Positions 38,001-46,940 of a stretch of 57,915 bases of DNA are shown here, one piece after another. Numbering within the stretch: the first letter of the stretch is position 1; each line of letters opens with the position of its first letter. Made by a program: the position numbers and the translations under genes. This DNA comes from a virus (taxonomy: Duplodnaviria; Caudoviricetes): positions 1 through 57,915 of IMG/VR virus record IMGVR_UViG_3300008459_000050; one strand, 5' to 3'. The notes under the pieces are model-generated. The model ran no database searches. It saw only the letters and a list, made by a program, of their open reading frames with translations, and was not told the DNA's origin.

Positions 38001-41000
38001 TAATAATCATAATTTGGTGTTATAAAATTGTTAAAAACATATTGAAGGCGTGTAGATAATCTATCAGTAGAATACTTAAAAGCTTGAAAAGTATCTTTTA
38101 TTGTATTTGTCTGAATTAAAGAATATTCCCCTGATGCTGTAGTGATAAAATATCTATGCTCTGGAATACTATATGATGCTAGAGCGCCTTTCATTAGACC
38201 GCCGTAACTCATAGTAAGTCTTGTATTGCTTGAAGGTCTACCCTCTCCTACATCACCAGTGATAGAACCAGTATATTGACTACTTGATCCCGTCAAGCTA
38301 TCCATTGAGAAGATAGAAGCAGTTGATCTATTTTTTATCTGATGCAACACTGGGAACGTTCCCACGATGGAACTTGTAAAGTCATTTAGAACACTATAAG
38401 AAGAAGTTACATTACCAAATATATCATAACAACCATCTATTCTTCTACGATCAAGATAATCATCCTTCCAAAATGTTCTCATATCTACAACACTACCTGT
38501 AAATCCTGAGTCATCATATAGAGGTCTTGTGCGACTTTCTTTTAGACCAACATTTTCTTTCTTTGGAAATATAATTTCTGCATGTGAAACGCTTAAAATA
38601 TCTGGTTTTGGATCAAAGCCAATGTTTTGTAGTTCAATTAATTTATCGTGTGCCTGTTGTTCTTTACGTGTTACAGCGTTAGTTGATAGAACCAGATCAG
38701 AATTTGCAAATGTATTTCTATTATTATCGTATGTGTTTGATAGAAGAATATCTTCTGATCCACTCATACGTATAATATGATTCATTGGCTTGTTAAATTC
38801 AACTGGTGGTTCACGATATACATTGTCATCTACTAATATGTTATTATTTTTTCTGCTATCGACAACAATTTTGTTCTCTGCACCACGTAGGAATTTCCAG
38901 CTTGCTCCTTGATATGGCCCATTTAAATTATGTAAATACGCATTTAGATCAAGAGAGCTTGTTAAAACATCAATTGTTTTAGTTGAAGTATCAATTATTT
39001 TAACAACTGATGATGTTAAATTTAAACCTAAGAAATCAGCATTGCTTGCACTAATAAAAGCAGCACTTGAGCTATTATAGGAATTTAAATTTGCAAATTC
39101 GTTAAAATATCCACTAACTTTTGGTCTAGATACAAGTGAAGCTGTTATCCAAGCGTATTGAGCATCGCTTTGAGGTATTTGATGTGAGATAAACCCATTG
39201 TCATATTTAACAACTGTATTCTCATCTTCGTCAAGATAATAACCTGGGTTTTTAGGTACGCTATGATAAGATAAATTTTCTGGGTCTATACTAGATGTTT
39301 CAGAAAGCCATTGGTTATACTGATTACGAACAATTAGATTTCTATTGTTTAGACCGTTGTATACAGAAAATTCCTCTGACTCAGGGTTCATAGCACCACG
39401 GCTATTAACTTCTGGTCCACCGGGTGCAGAGAATCTTTCAACAAATACTGTTTTTACAACTGATCTTTCTGGTAGTTTGCGATCAACAATACCAAATATA
39501 GGAGAGTTTGTAGCTGTTATATCTAGTTCATCAATTATATCTGGTAATTCTAAATTATTATTTGTTCTACCAGATGTTTGAAAATATTCATATCTATTTT
39601 TATAATTGCCAACTCCACGTTGCTTAGTGAATAATTGCCCAGAACCAGTTAAACTTGCACTGGCGAATACAAACTCATTGCTTATTTCTGTGTTTTTAAT
39701 GCTTACTGGGTTTATTACATCAAGTGGATTAATTTCTTTATTTGAAAGTATTCTAACAACATTAGAGAAAGTTCTTGTATTGTCTCTTCTGCCTTCATAT
39801 ATAGCTTCATTGTCTTTATCGTATAGATTTGGTAGAGTGTTTAGGTTTTTAGCAATCTTTACTTTACGTATAATTTCTCTATTTTCATCTATTTCTGGAA
39901 CGTTTGTTGCAACTAGTGGATCTGTTCTATTTACACGATCTCTTAACCATAATTCTCCTGCTGGAGAGGCTGGTGCTTTTTGATCTTCATATTTGAAATC
40001 TAGATGCGAACGGAATGATGGAATTTTATTTTTCTTTAATTCTACAATTGGTAGTTTATTTTGATATTTGTTTCTTTCAAGTATGTGACTTTCAACAACA
40101 TTTCTTACCTTGTCAGATACATTTGCAGAAGCTGGTATCAATTGTTGTACCATCAATGAAATAGACGAATCTATCCACTTATAGAACTCAAGGAACTTTT
40201 CAAAATCTGGTGTATTTCCAACTTTTTCAAAGAAAAGCTGTCTCATAAATTCTAGATTTTTATATGAAACACGATATTTTTCTATTGGTTCGCCAATTAA
40301 ATTATTGAAAGCATCTATTGCAGCAAACCACTTAAGTATTTCATCATTAATAACTGCTGACATACTTTTTTCAATAGAAAAGAAGTATTTAACTGGTCTT
40401 GAATCTTTTGTTGTGATAATATCATCAACATCTCTGGCTTCAATTAGATCATTTGTTGAGATTGTTTCTGGGTGTTGTTGTTTTGCGGAATAGATATATT
40501 CCCTGTTTACTACTTGAGAACTGTTAGATGGGAAATATTTACCAATACCTTGATGATTTTCACCAATGATTGGACCTAGCCAGCCGCCTTTTGTAAATTC
40601 CTTATTTGATGTATCTTCAACAATAAATTCACCAACTGAATCAGATGATGTTACTTGATTAAAATCCCAATTTAGGACGAGCATATCGGATCTTGATAAT
40701 CCTAATGTGCTATCGTCAGAGAAATTAATAAAACTATTCCAATAAGGATATTGTCTACCATAGTTAGAAGCATCCTTGGAATGTTCTTGTATTTCTTTAT
40801 TGTTTAAATAATCAAGCCAAAACCGAACAGAAGATACTTTTATATCTGAAAAGTATTGTATACTTGATCCATTATATCTGGAGCCTGCATATATCTTCTT
40901 TTCTGTTTTTATTGCTTGTTGCATATCATATTCAGGCACAACAATAGATGAGCTAAATATATTTTCTATAGTTTCTAGTGATGAATTGATGCCGTCAAAT

Positions 41001-43285
41001 TCTATAATATAATCACCAGTAGTGCTTTCTTGAGCAATACTGATATTATCAAACTTTGAATGTTTTATTCTAGTTATAAAATTCCATCTTTGATTATCGT
41101 AAACATCTGTAAATACAGTAGATGAGGATAACTCTACTGCAACTCCATTAAAATTACCAGATAATTTAAAATACACATCTTTACTGTCAGATGAATCTCT
41201 TTCAGCTGTTACAGCAAATGTAAATAATGAAGAGTCATCATTAACACCAAATATCGATACAGAGTTAAAATCAGCGTTTGAATAGTTTGGATCGTTTACT
41301 TCTGGTTTCTTTGGGAATATTGCTTCGCATTGAAATGTTAGCGGAATGAATAGGAATCTATCATCATTTTGATCTATACTAGATGATTGAATAACTGTAG
41401 CTTCATATCTATCTTTATGATTAAAGTCAACAAATTTCTTTGCTTCGGAGGTATATCTATAACTATTATCTAGCTTATATGTTGTGTTGTCAGCATATAA
41501 ATTGATTTTGATCAACTCATCATCAACGCCAAAGCAACGTATAAGGTTTCTTATTGATTTTTCTGTACCTTTTGATTTGTAAATGTAAGCTAGGTTGTTG
41601 TAGATATTTTGATATATTGTGTTTTTAATATCAGTTAGGCTTTTTTCAAATTCTCTCTCTTCATTTCTGGATAGTACATCTTCGATAAAAGTAGAGTTAT
41701 TGAATATATCAATATTTTGAAAATCATATGAAGATAGGATACGGTTAATAAATGGCGCTGGCTTGTCATCTTCAGAGTAGTATTTTACCTGTTTAAGAGA
41801 TGGTAGACCTTCAATTTGAAGATGTAATGTATCAAAATAGCTAGATATTATCTGAACTAAATGTGATAGATCTTCTGATCCTACTTTTTCTTGTTCTTCA
41901 ACAATCCAAGCTGGTAAACTCTTATAGATATTTGAATTATTTTCTGTATCCCAAAGAGAACCAGACAAGGTACAGTTCTCTAGAGTTTGTTGAACTAATG
42001 GATGCTGTGAATAAATGATTGGATCTGGTTTTTCTGAGTATTCTTCGCTATATTCATTGATTGCAGATCCTGTATTACGTACAGAAGAGTTATAGTTTAT
42101 TATTGTACCGTTTGAAATACGACCTGAGTAGTCTAATACTCTGGAATCTATACTGCTATCACCAGTTATACCTTCGTTAAATTTGTAATATACACCAAGA
42201 TTTGTGTTTGCATCGTCGGTATTAGTGCCACCGCCGATAGATGTAAACCAGTTTCTAGCTATTTGCTGTGAAGTACGGGCAGTTTTCCAGAATCGAAATT
42301 CATCGATAGAACCAATAAAACTACCTAAACCTTCAAATCCTTGATTATAAGATCCTAGTGTACCTATTAAATTATTTTCTTCTGGTTGAAGTATTGGCTT
42401 CTCATCTACAGTATGTATAAGACCGCTACTTTCACTATAAAATTGTCCATTTATATATATTTTTATATATGTTCTTTCATTATTAGAATTTACTTTTGTT
42501 TCATTTTCAAAAACTATTGAATAATGATTCCATGTAAATTTATTAAAATTCAATGGATATTGAACTACGTGCTGTCCAACTTCATCGTCTCTACGTATCA
42601 ACACTGCTATTGAATCAAAACATAATTCTATTGATAAAAAAACACAATTTTCATCACCTGGTGAAACGCCATTCCAAACGTTAAAAACATTAGTCTTAAA
42701 ATTACTAAAAGAATTTAGATTGCTATCTAGCTTTGCCCAAAATTCTACTGTATTACCTTTATTATTTGGATTTATTGCTAGATTTGATCCTCTGTTACTA
42801 GGGGTATCATAAATATTTGAAGTACTAAAATTTTCTACTACACTAGATCCAACTGAACTAGTGTTTGGACCACCATAGAATTGTATATAAGTATGATTAG
42901 AAGAAGAGAGATAATTTGATGTTCCTAAGCTTACATCACTACCGCTTAAATTCACATAACCAGTGGTTTTTGGATAAACATTATCAAATATGTAATTATC
43001 GAACTGAGATGAATTATTCTTCCATCCCAGTTTTTCTTTCTTAGATCCGTCATATGGATATCTTTGATAGATATTTTTTATAGCATCTGAATAGTATTTT
43101 TCGGCAGAACCATAACGTGCAAAACTAGAAGCTGATGAGAAATCAACAGATGGTAGAAATCTATTGTTATCAATAACAACTTCTTCTAAATATTCTTTTG
43201 ATTCTGCTTCTTTATATAATGTTTCTAGTTGCTGTGAAGTAACGATTTTTTCAGATGTTTTACCAAACAGATCTTTTAAAGACAT
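35060..43285 (-). CDS. Giant baseplate wedge-like protein with LamG/ConA domains
   Basis: 2741 aa; TVEFW, WNHYSI, GSIDEFRFW (LamG); IYKSKGTEKSIRNLIRCFG wedge motif. Confidence 0.78.
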   Translation of the reverse strand: MSLKDLFGKTSEKIVTSQQLETLYKEAESKEYLEEVVIDNNRFLPSVDFSSASSFARYGSAEKYYSDAIKNIYQRYPYDGSKKEKLGWKNNSSQFDNYIFDNVYPKTTGYVNLSGSDVSLGTSNYLSSSNHTYIQFYGGPNTSSVGSSVVENFSTSNIYDTPSNRGSNLAINPNNKGNTVEFWAKLDSNLNSFSNFKTNVFNVWNGVSPGDENCVFLSIELCFDSIAVLIRRDDEVGQHVVQYPLNFNKFTWNHYSIVFENETKVNSNNERTYIKIYINGQFYSESSGLIHTVDEKPILQPEENNLIGTLGSYNQGFEGLGSFIGSIDEFRFWKTARTSQQIARNWFTSIGGGTNTDDANTNLGVYYKFNEGITGDSSIDSRVLDYSGRISNGTIINYNSSVRNTGSAINEYSEEYSEKPDPIIYSQHPLVQQTLENCTLSGSLWDTENNSNIYKSLPAWIVEEQEKVGSEDLSHLVQIISSYFDTLHLQIEGLPSLKQVKYYSEDDKPAPFINRILSSYDFQNIDIFNNSTFIEDVLSRNEEREFEKSLTDIKNTIYQNIYNNLAYIYKSKGTEKSIRNLIRCFGVDDELIKINLYADNTTYKLDNSYRYTSEAKKFVDFNHKDRYEATVIQSSSIDQNDDRFLFIPLTFQCEAIFPKKPEVNDPNYSNADFNSVSIFGVNDDSSLFTFAVTAERDSSDSKDVYFKLSGNFNGVAVELSSSTVFTDVYDNQRWNFITRIKHSKFDNISIAQESTTGDYIIEFDGINSSLETIENIFSSSIVVPEYDMQQAIKTEKKIYAGSRYNGSSIQYFSDIKVSSVRFWLDYLNNKEIQEHSKDASNYGRQYPYWNSFINFSDDSTLGLSRSDMLVLNWDFNQVTSSDSVGEFIVEDTSNKEFTKGGWLGPIIGENHQGIGKYFPSNSSQVVNREYIYSAKQQHPETISTNDLIEARDVDDIITTKDSRPVKYFFSIEKSMSAVINDEILKWFAAIDAFNNLIGEPIEKYRVSYKNLEFMRQLFFEKVGNTPDFEKFLEFYKWIDSSISLMVQQLIPASANVSDKVRNVVESHILERNKYQNKLPIVELKKNKIPSFRSHLDFKYEDQKAPASPAGELWLRDRVNRTDPLVATNVPEIDENREIIRKVKIAKNLNTLPNLYDKDNEAIYEGRRDNTRTFSNVVRILSNKEINPLDVINPVSIKNTEISNEFVFASASLTGSGQLFTKQRGVGNYKNRYEYFQTSGRTNNNLELPDIIDELDITATNSPIFGIVDRKLPERSVVKTVFVERFSAPGGPEVNSRGAMNPESEEFSVYNGLNNRNLIVRNQYNQWLSETSSIDPENLSYHSVPKNPGYYLDEDENTVVKYDNGFISHQIPQSDAQYAWITASLVSRPKVSGYFNEFANLNSYNSSSAAFISASNADFLGLNLTSSVVKIIDTSTKTIDVLTSSLDLNAYLHNLNGPYQGASWKFLRGAENKIVVDSRKNNNILVDDNVYREPPVEFNKPMNHIIRMSGSEDILLSNTYDNNRNTFANSDLVLSTNAVTRKEQQAHDKLIELQNIGFDPKPDILSVSHAEIIFPKKENVGLKESRTRPLYDDSGFTGSVVDMRTFWKDDYLDRRRIDGCYDIFGNVTSSYSVLNDFTSSIVGTFPVLHQIKNRSTASIFSMDSLTGSSSQYTGSITGDVGEGRPSSNTRLTMSYGGLMKGALASYSIPEHRYFITTASGEYSLIQTNTIKDTFQAFKYSTDRLSTRLQYVFNNFITPNYDYYNSGSLSVNGLSYPDETSNNGVVNNYFGNSYISNLLYFINNGYEYDLDKTSNNTPFFNSYEEFNFGLKEQSLQYSLVPEFTINNFMNHYINNGFNSQLSSSYLNLDGGLNYEYKDINNSFINTNTIFKFNLDEIKAKQENVKLNLKVSALKKLLPYRGFYPSEKVTELGSEFVNSFVNLNKDFVAQSTSSIIAGKKYDCATSNGTPIDQQVLTITQPLFAPGVLLNTIKSSIAVDFPVIITSSISASYGLGSSSLPAFYGHIKGYNTADNLPTNYTGAVHISSSLNYRFPFESLIEFDTIVPSSLQTTSSNLFYLNPTYYSTDVISGSDRNSLALPSYNLSTKNNIKSFTFDKPNYKLGMHNFLAEIPNFFLENNLSNFVSREDWAFDVAVSGTTYSMDIVLERDKEYREFVFNKYFDNIRSIDSLYTGSYLTLPGTDSIYGPPVRFFDNLDLNNSKFSVSYYSGISKLYDSPAYAPYVPPYYYGKSIARLKFTADDTRKYTLDEIFNKLQIEYINEDAEALFKARSGFLGTTTTTTFIVSQRFDLPPPLQIDLYDSYYTVQDEVYPLNLKYYGVNYLENYKNSPAYQQMMTLSSSVNLMLKTENKRVTYNALNNTPLEINDRDASTTYSWVIQTKFETPSINFANIDIPNKPKNIGAFIRTESTYDFDAIDALVDVSYKGLWTTYSDKPVSDSSPRIKMYLQENTVGDSLIKMCGFQKDEKKTIGKIASKKEISEGIIVIPYTQQKNRYNRWTKSELRSKAQTLKNKFSNEPGYFFDVQKNTIEKLLNIQFSNKITTDQILSILNSNLGDKLNNSIVKTMKGMANYVLPPHLDWLRNRDINPFVMYFFEFKSELTQKDLSDIWQGVMPELSKKVEEEEETISHNFTEDEFFHGKKLPEDIKFKIFKVKKRANINYYKLTADSKDDERFKFKIKGQDVVPEFSYNWPYDNFSLVELINVEAGLEVNKTVETEKYTPSLYE

Positions 43286-43287
43286 AT

Positions 43288-44727
43288 TTACCCAACCTTG
43301 AATTTAAATGTAGTTGGTGCCTCCTGTAGGCTGGCACCATCCCATCTTGCTAACCTTATTCCATAAGTATATCCTGGTTGTAAAATTGACATATCTAAAT
43401 CAAAGTAATTACCGTTTGAATCATACGATGTCTTTGTATAAGCCAAGGAGCCTGTGGAGTAATCTATTACAGTATAATTATCGTTTAGTCTGAAAATTTT
43501 GTAATATAAATCTGTTAAAACTGTATTTTCTACTGTATTATACGCAACTGTATAGATTGTTGGTTGCCAATCCCTTTCTCTGATAAATATTTTAAATCGA
43601 ACTGTCTCAGAAGTTAAATAATCTAGCTTATTATTTGTAATATTTATTACATATTGTCCATTATCGTTGAAGTCATAGTTTTTTCTATCTAGTACATCAA
43701 ATGAACCTTGAAAATAAATACCGTTACTGCTTGTATTATACCATTTATCATATAGTACACTTGAAGTTGTGTCTATGATTACTGTTGATTTATAAACACC
43801 AACTGATGGATTTGAAACTTCTTTAAATGCAGCAGTTACTTCGCTTGTTAAATTAGAATTTGAATAAAATTTAACTTCTGGGACAATATTATTAACGATA
43901 TTTTTTAGCTTTCCGTTGACTTTATTATAGAAATAAATGTTCATTTTGTTATCATTTTCCGATAACGCCTCACTGTATGAATAAAAGTTATTTCTATCGT
44001 CTGTATTTATTGCTTCCCATCGTGTTTCAATAACTGGTCGTTTATAGAAGAATTCACTGCCTCTTGCTGAGAATTTTTTTGTGAAGAAACTCTGTTGCAT
44101 CGTTCCATCTTCATATATATCAGATAGTTTTACAACAAATCCGTTATTTTCTGATGTACCGGCAATCCAATCTTCAACAATATCAGTTACGTCAACCTCT
44201 AAATCTTCTGTTCCTTCTTTAAATTCGTAATTGTAGAGATAAGAAGCTGATGAATAATCGCCACCTTGCTTACTCCATTGTTTATCTTTTAATGGATATA
44301 TCCAAGTAGCTCCATTTCCATAACTATATGAGCTTGTATATGTACTATTCCAGCCATAATCTGTGTATGTCTCCATATCAAGACCAGAGCCTTCGTCCCA
44401 TGCCCCAGAAATGGGCATTATATCGACGCTAAAGCCCCTAGGAACAGAGTATGGATGTTTTACGTTAAAGAGCCTTAAATAATGTCTAACGTCTCCGTCG
44501 GCTGGTATTGCGCCTTTATCTCTGTCATCGGAGATTTGCTCTATTGGAAACTGTATAAGAATTCTACTTTGTTCCGCAGATGACGAAAAAGCTTGACCAT
44601 ATATAGAAAATATCTCTAATGAATCAGAGGCTCCCATATTTGCATTGTAAGCTCTTGTAATAAGGTTATTATTATAGGCATTTGTTATGGTTGTATCTTT
44701 TTCTGCTACATATCTTTTAATTGACAT
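43288..44727 (-). CDS. Virion structural protein (DNRLRE-like N-terminal domain)
   Basis: KDTTI, SRILIQF, WDEGSG, GGD, DVTDIV..W...NNGFVVK pattern. Confidence 0.6.
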   Translation of the reverse strand: MSIKRYVAEKDTTITNAYNNNLITRAYNANMGASDSLEIFSIYGQAFSSSAEQSRILIQFPIEQISDDRDKGAIPADGDVRHYLRLFNVKHPYSVPRGFSVDIMPISGAWDEGSGLDMETYTDYGWNSTYTSSYSYGNGATWIYPLKDKQWSKQGGDYSSASYLYNYEFKEGTEDLEVDVTDIVEDWIAGTSENNGFVVKLSDIYEDGTMQQSFFTKKFSARGSEFFYKRPVIETRWEAINTDDRNNFYSYSEALSENDNKMNIYFYNKVNGKLKNIVNNIVPEVKFYSNSNLTSEVTAAFKEVSNPSVGVYKSTVIIDTTSSVLYDKWYNTSSNGIYFQGSFDVLDRKNYDFNDNGQYVINITNNKLDYLTSETVRFKIFIRERDWQPTIYTVAYNTVENTVLTDLYYKIFRLNDNYTVIDYSTGSLAYTKTSYDSNGNYFDLDMSILQPGYTYGIRLARWDGASLQEAPTTFKFKVG

Positions 44728-46526
44728 TAAATTATACTTCCTTCAATATCGCTATTTGGATATTTTAGCTCCATAACAACATTGTTTGGAACTTCTAGAT
44801 ATCTATTATTTGGCATATTTCTCTTAAAATCGAATGTTACATTAGAATAGCTGCCGCCTGCTTTTTGAGTAAATTCAACGCTTACTACATCTAATAAACC
44901 ATCTACTTTTTTTAAACTTGTTAGCACTTTGCTTACAAATAGTGACTCACCGAAATCTGGTAATTGTGCAAAATCTAACTTTAATTGATTTATTGCATCT
45001 GTCAAAACATCATATTTTGGTCTATCTGGCGATGCAACTGCTTTAAATTTAATACCATAATTGACAATTTTACCATCTAATATGTCAATCGAGTCATTTA
45101 TCATTTTATTTCTGGATAGCCAAGTTTTTAGGTTATTTTTGACTATTTGATTTCCATATGTTAGATAACCACTACTGTTTTCACAGAGGACATACATATT
45201 TAGATTTCTTTTTAGTGAATCATCGTCTCTTATAACATTAACACGCTTTATTGAGCCATATTTTGCAGGCATTCCATACGCTAAAGCTTTATAATCTTCT
45301 GCTGTAACTGCTCTACTTTGAGCAGAAAAAGCACTTTGAATCCTTATCTTTAGTTCATTTGAGTCAAAAGCTGTGACTTCTCCAAGAATTGGAGCATCAT
45401 TATTAACTTCTAAACTTCTTCTTACAGATGATACAGAAGTTGCATCTAGGCTTCTTTCGTCCTTAAACACAAAATTAGAGCTATCTACGTTTGTAAGAGA
45501 ATTAACTGAGAAATTAATAATAGATCCAACTGGTGTATAACGGTAAGTAACGATTAGATTTGTTTGAGAAGGTGCAATTCCAAGTTTATCGCTTGAGGTT
45601 AGTCTTGTTGGATCAAATGAATCGCTGGAAATATACTGTTTTCCAAATAACTCTAAGACCGCTATCCCAGGATCGGCAATCATGTTATTGTTATCTGATA
45701 CAACAACATCGGAACTAGCACCAAATTGTAGATATGTTTTATTTATTTCTGTTTCTACGGTAAATCTACGTGGAACCATTAATGGTTTAAGTATCTCTTT
45801 CGCTGTATCTGATGTGGCAGCATCTCTGTTAGTTATAGATCGATAAATAACATTTTGTGTTAGGTAATCAACTTCATAATATTGATTACCTTCGGAATCA
45901 TAAATAGATAATATTTCGACAATGTTTTGTTCTGATAGTTCAACTTTTAGAAATTTTTGATATTCACCAACTGGTATTGTCTCTGATTTAACGATACCAG
46001 AGATAACTGTTCCATTTGCTTTTACAGCGTATGATGTTGGTGTTCCATTTGCACCTATTACAGCTGGGCGTATTTCATTTACCGTACTGTTAAAAACAAC
46101 ATCCTCAGTTAATATAAATTTAACGTTATTTCTAGTTGAAAATGTACTACCTTTTTGTAATGTTGGTAGGTATCTAGTATCTGGCCCTAGACCTATTGAG
46201 TTTGCTGGTACAACAATATAAAAACTTGCAACACCAGTGGAGGATTTGCCGTTTGAATACTTAAATCCCATCTGTTTTGCTAGTTTTAATACGTTATTAT
46301 ATTCTGATGCTGTTTCAAGAAAACACTCGTTTGCCTGATAATCCAGATAAAAAGATAAAATATCGCCAATATATGATACAGTATCGATCATCAAAGAACC
46401 AAAACTGCCTTCATTGAAATCTTTATGTGAATCTGCGTAGTATCTTTTTGCGTGCTCTACCAGATCTGCTCGTATACTTTGATAATCTCTACTTGTATAT
46501 TTTATTGGTATTATCTTCTTAGGCAT
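44727..46526 (-). CDS. gp6: Baseplate wedge protein (T4 gp6 / baseplate J-like)
   Basis: YTSRDYQSIR, SFYLDYQANECFLETA, AQSRAVTAEDY. Confidence 0.9.
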   Translation of the reverse strand: MPKKIIPIKYTSRDYQSIRADLVEHAKRYYADSHKDFNEGSFGSLMIDTVSYIGDILSFYLDYQANECFLETASEYNNVLKLAKQMGFKYSNGKSSTGVASFYIVVPANSIGLGPDTRYLPTLQKGSTFSTRNNVKFILTEDVVFNSTVNEIRPAVIGANGTPTSYAVKANGTVISGIVKSETIPVGEYQKFLKVELSEQNIVEILSIYDSEGNQYYEVDYLTQNVIYRSITNRDAATSDTAKEILKPLMVPRRFTVETEINKTYLQFGASSDVVVSDNNNMIADPGIAVLELFGKQYISSDSFDPTRLTSSDKLGIAPSQTNLIVTYRYTPVGSIINFSVNSLTNVDSSNFVFKDERSLDATSVSSVRRSLEVNNDAPILGEVTAFDSNELKIRIQSAFSAQSRAVTAEDYKALAYGMPAKYGSIKRVNVIRDDDSLKRNLNMYVLCENSSGYLTYGNQIVKNNLKTWLSRNKMINDSIDILDGKIVNYGIKFKAVASPDRPKYDVLTDAINQLKLDFAQLPDFGESLFVSKVLTSLKKVDGLLDVVSVEFTQKAGGSYSNVTFDFKRNMPNNRYLEVPNNVVMELKYPNSDIEGSII

Positions 46527-46545
46527 CCATGTTTTCCTCTAACTA

Positions 46546-46926
46546 TTAATTAGGCTCAATAGTTAAATTTAACTCTTCAATAGTCTTTAAAGCTGGTATA
46601 TAATACTTCAGAATTATATACAATCCATTTTCTGACACTTCGCTTGTTTGAACTTGTATGTCCTCAATAGATATAAAGCTCATATAATTGGCAACTTGTG
46701 AAGTTATTTTTTCTTTTATTTCAGATTCCAGATCTTCGGTATTTTGTGAGAATAATAAATGTTTTAAACCAACTCCATATGAAGGATTCATCATTCTTTC
46801 GCCGGGATTGGTTAATACTAGCATTTTAAGATCTTGTGCAATAGACTCTTTTGCTGAATGGTTCATTATATATGTTCCTTCAGTTGAATCTTTAAATAAT
46901 GGTAATTTTGGTGAATATCCCTGCAT
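46546..46926 (-). CDS. gp25: Baseplate gp25/GPW-like protein
   Basis: LVLTNPGERMMNPSYGVGL..LLF. Confidence 0.92.
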   Translation of the reverse strand: MQGYSPKLPLFKDSTEGTYIMNHSAKESIAQDLKMLVLTNPGERMMNPSYGVGLKHLLFSQNTEDLESEIKEKITSQVANYMSFISIEDIQVQTSEVSENGLYIILKYYIPALKTIEELNLTIEPN

Positions 46927-46940
46927 GTTTTATCCTTTAT

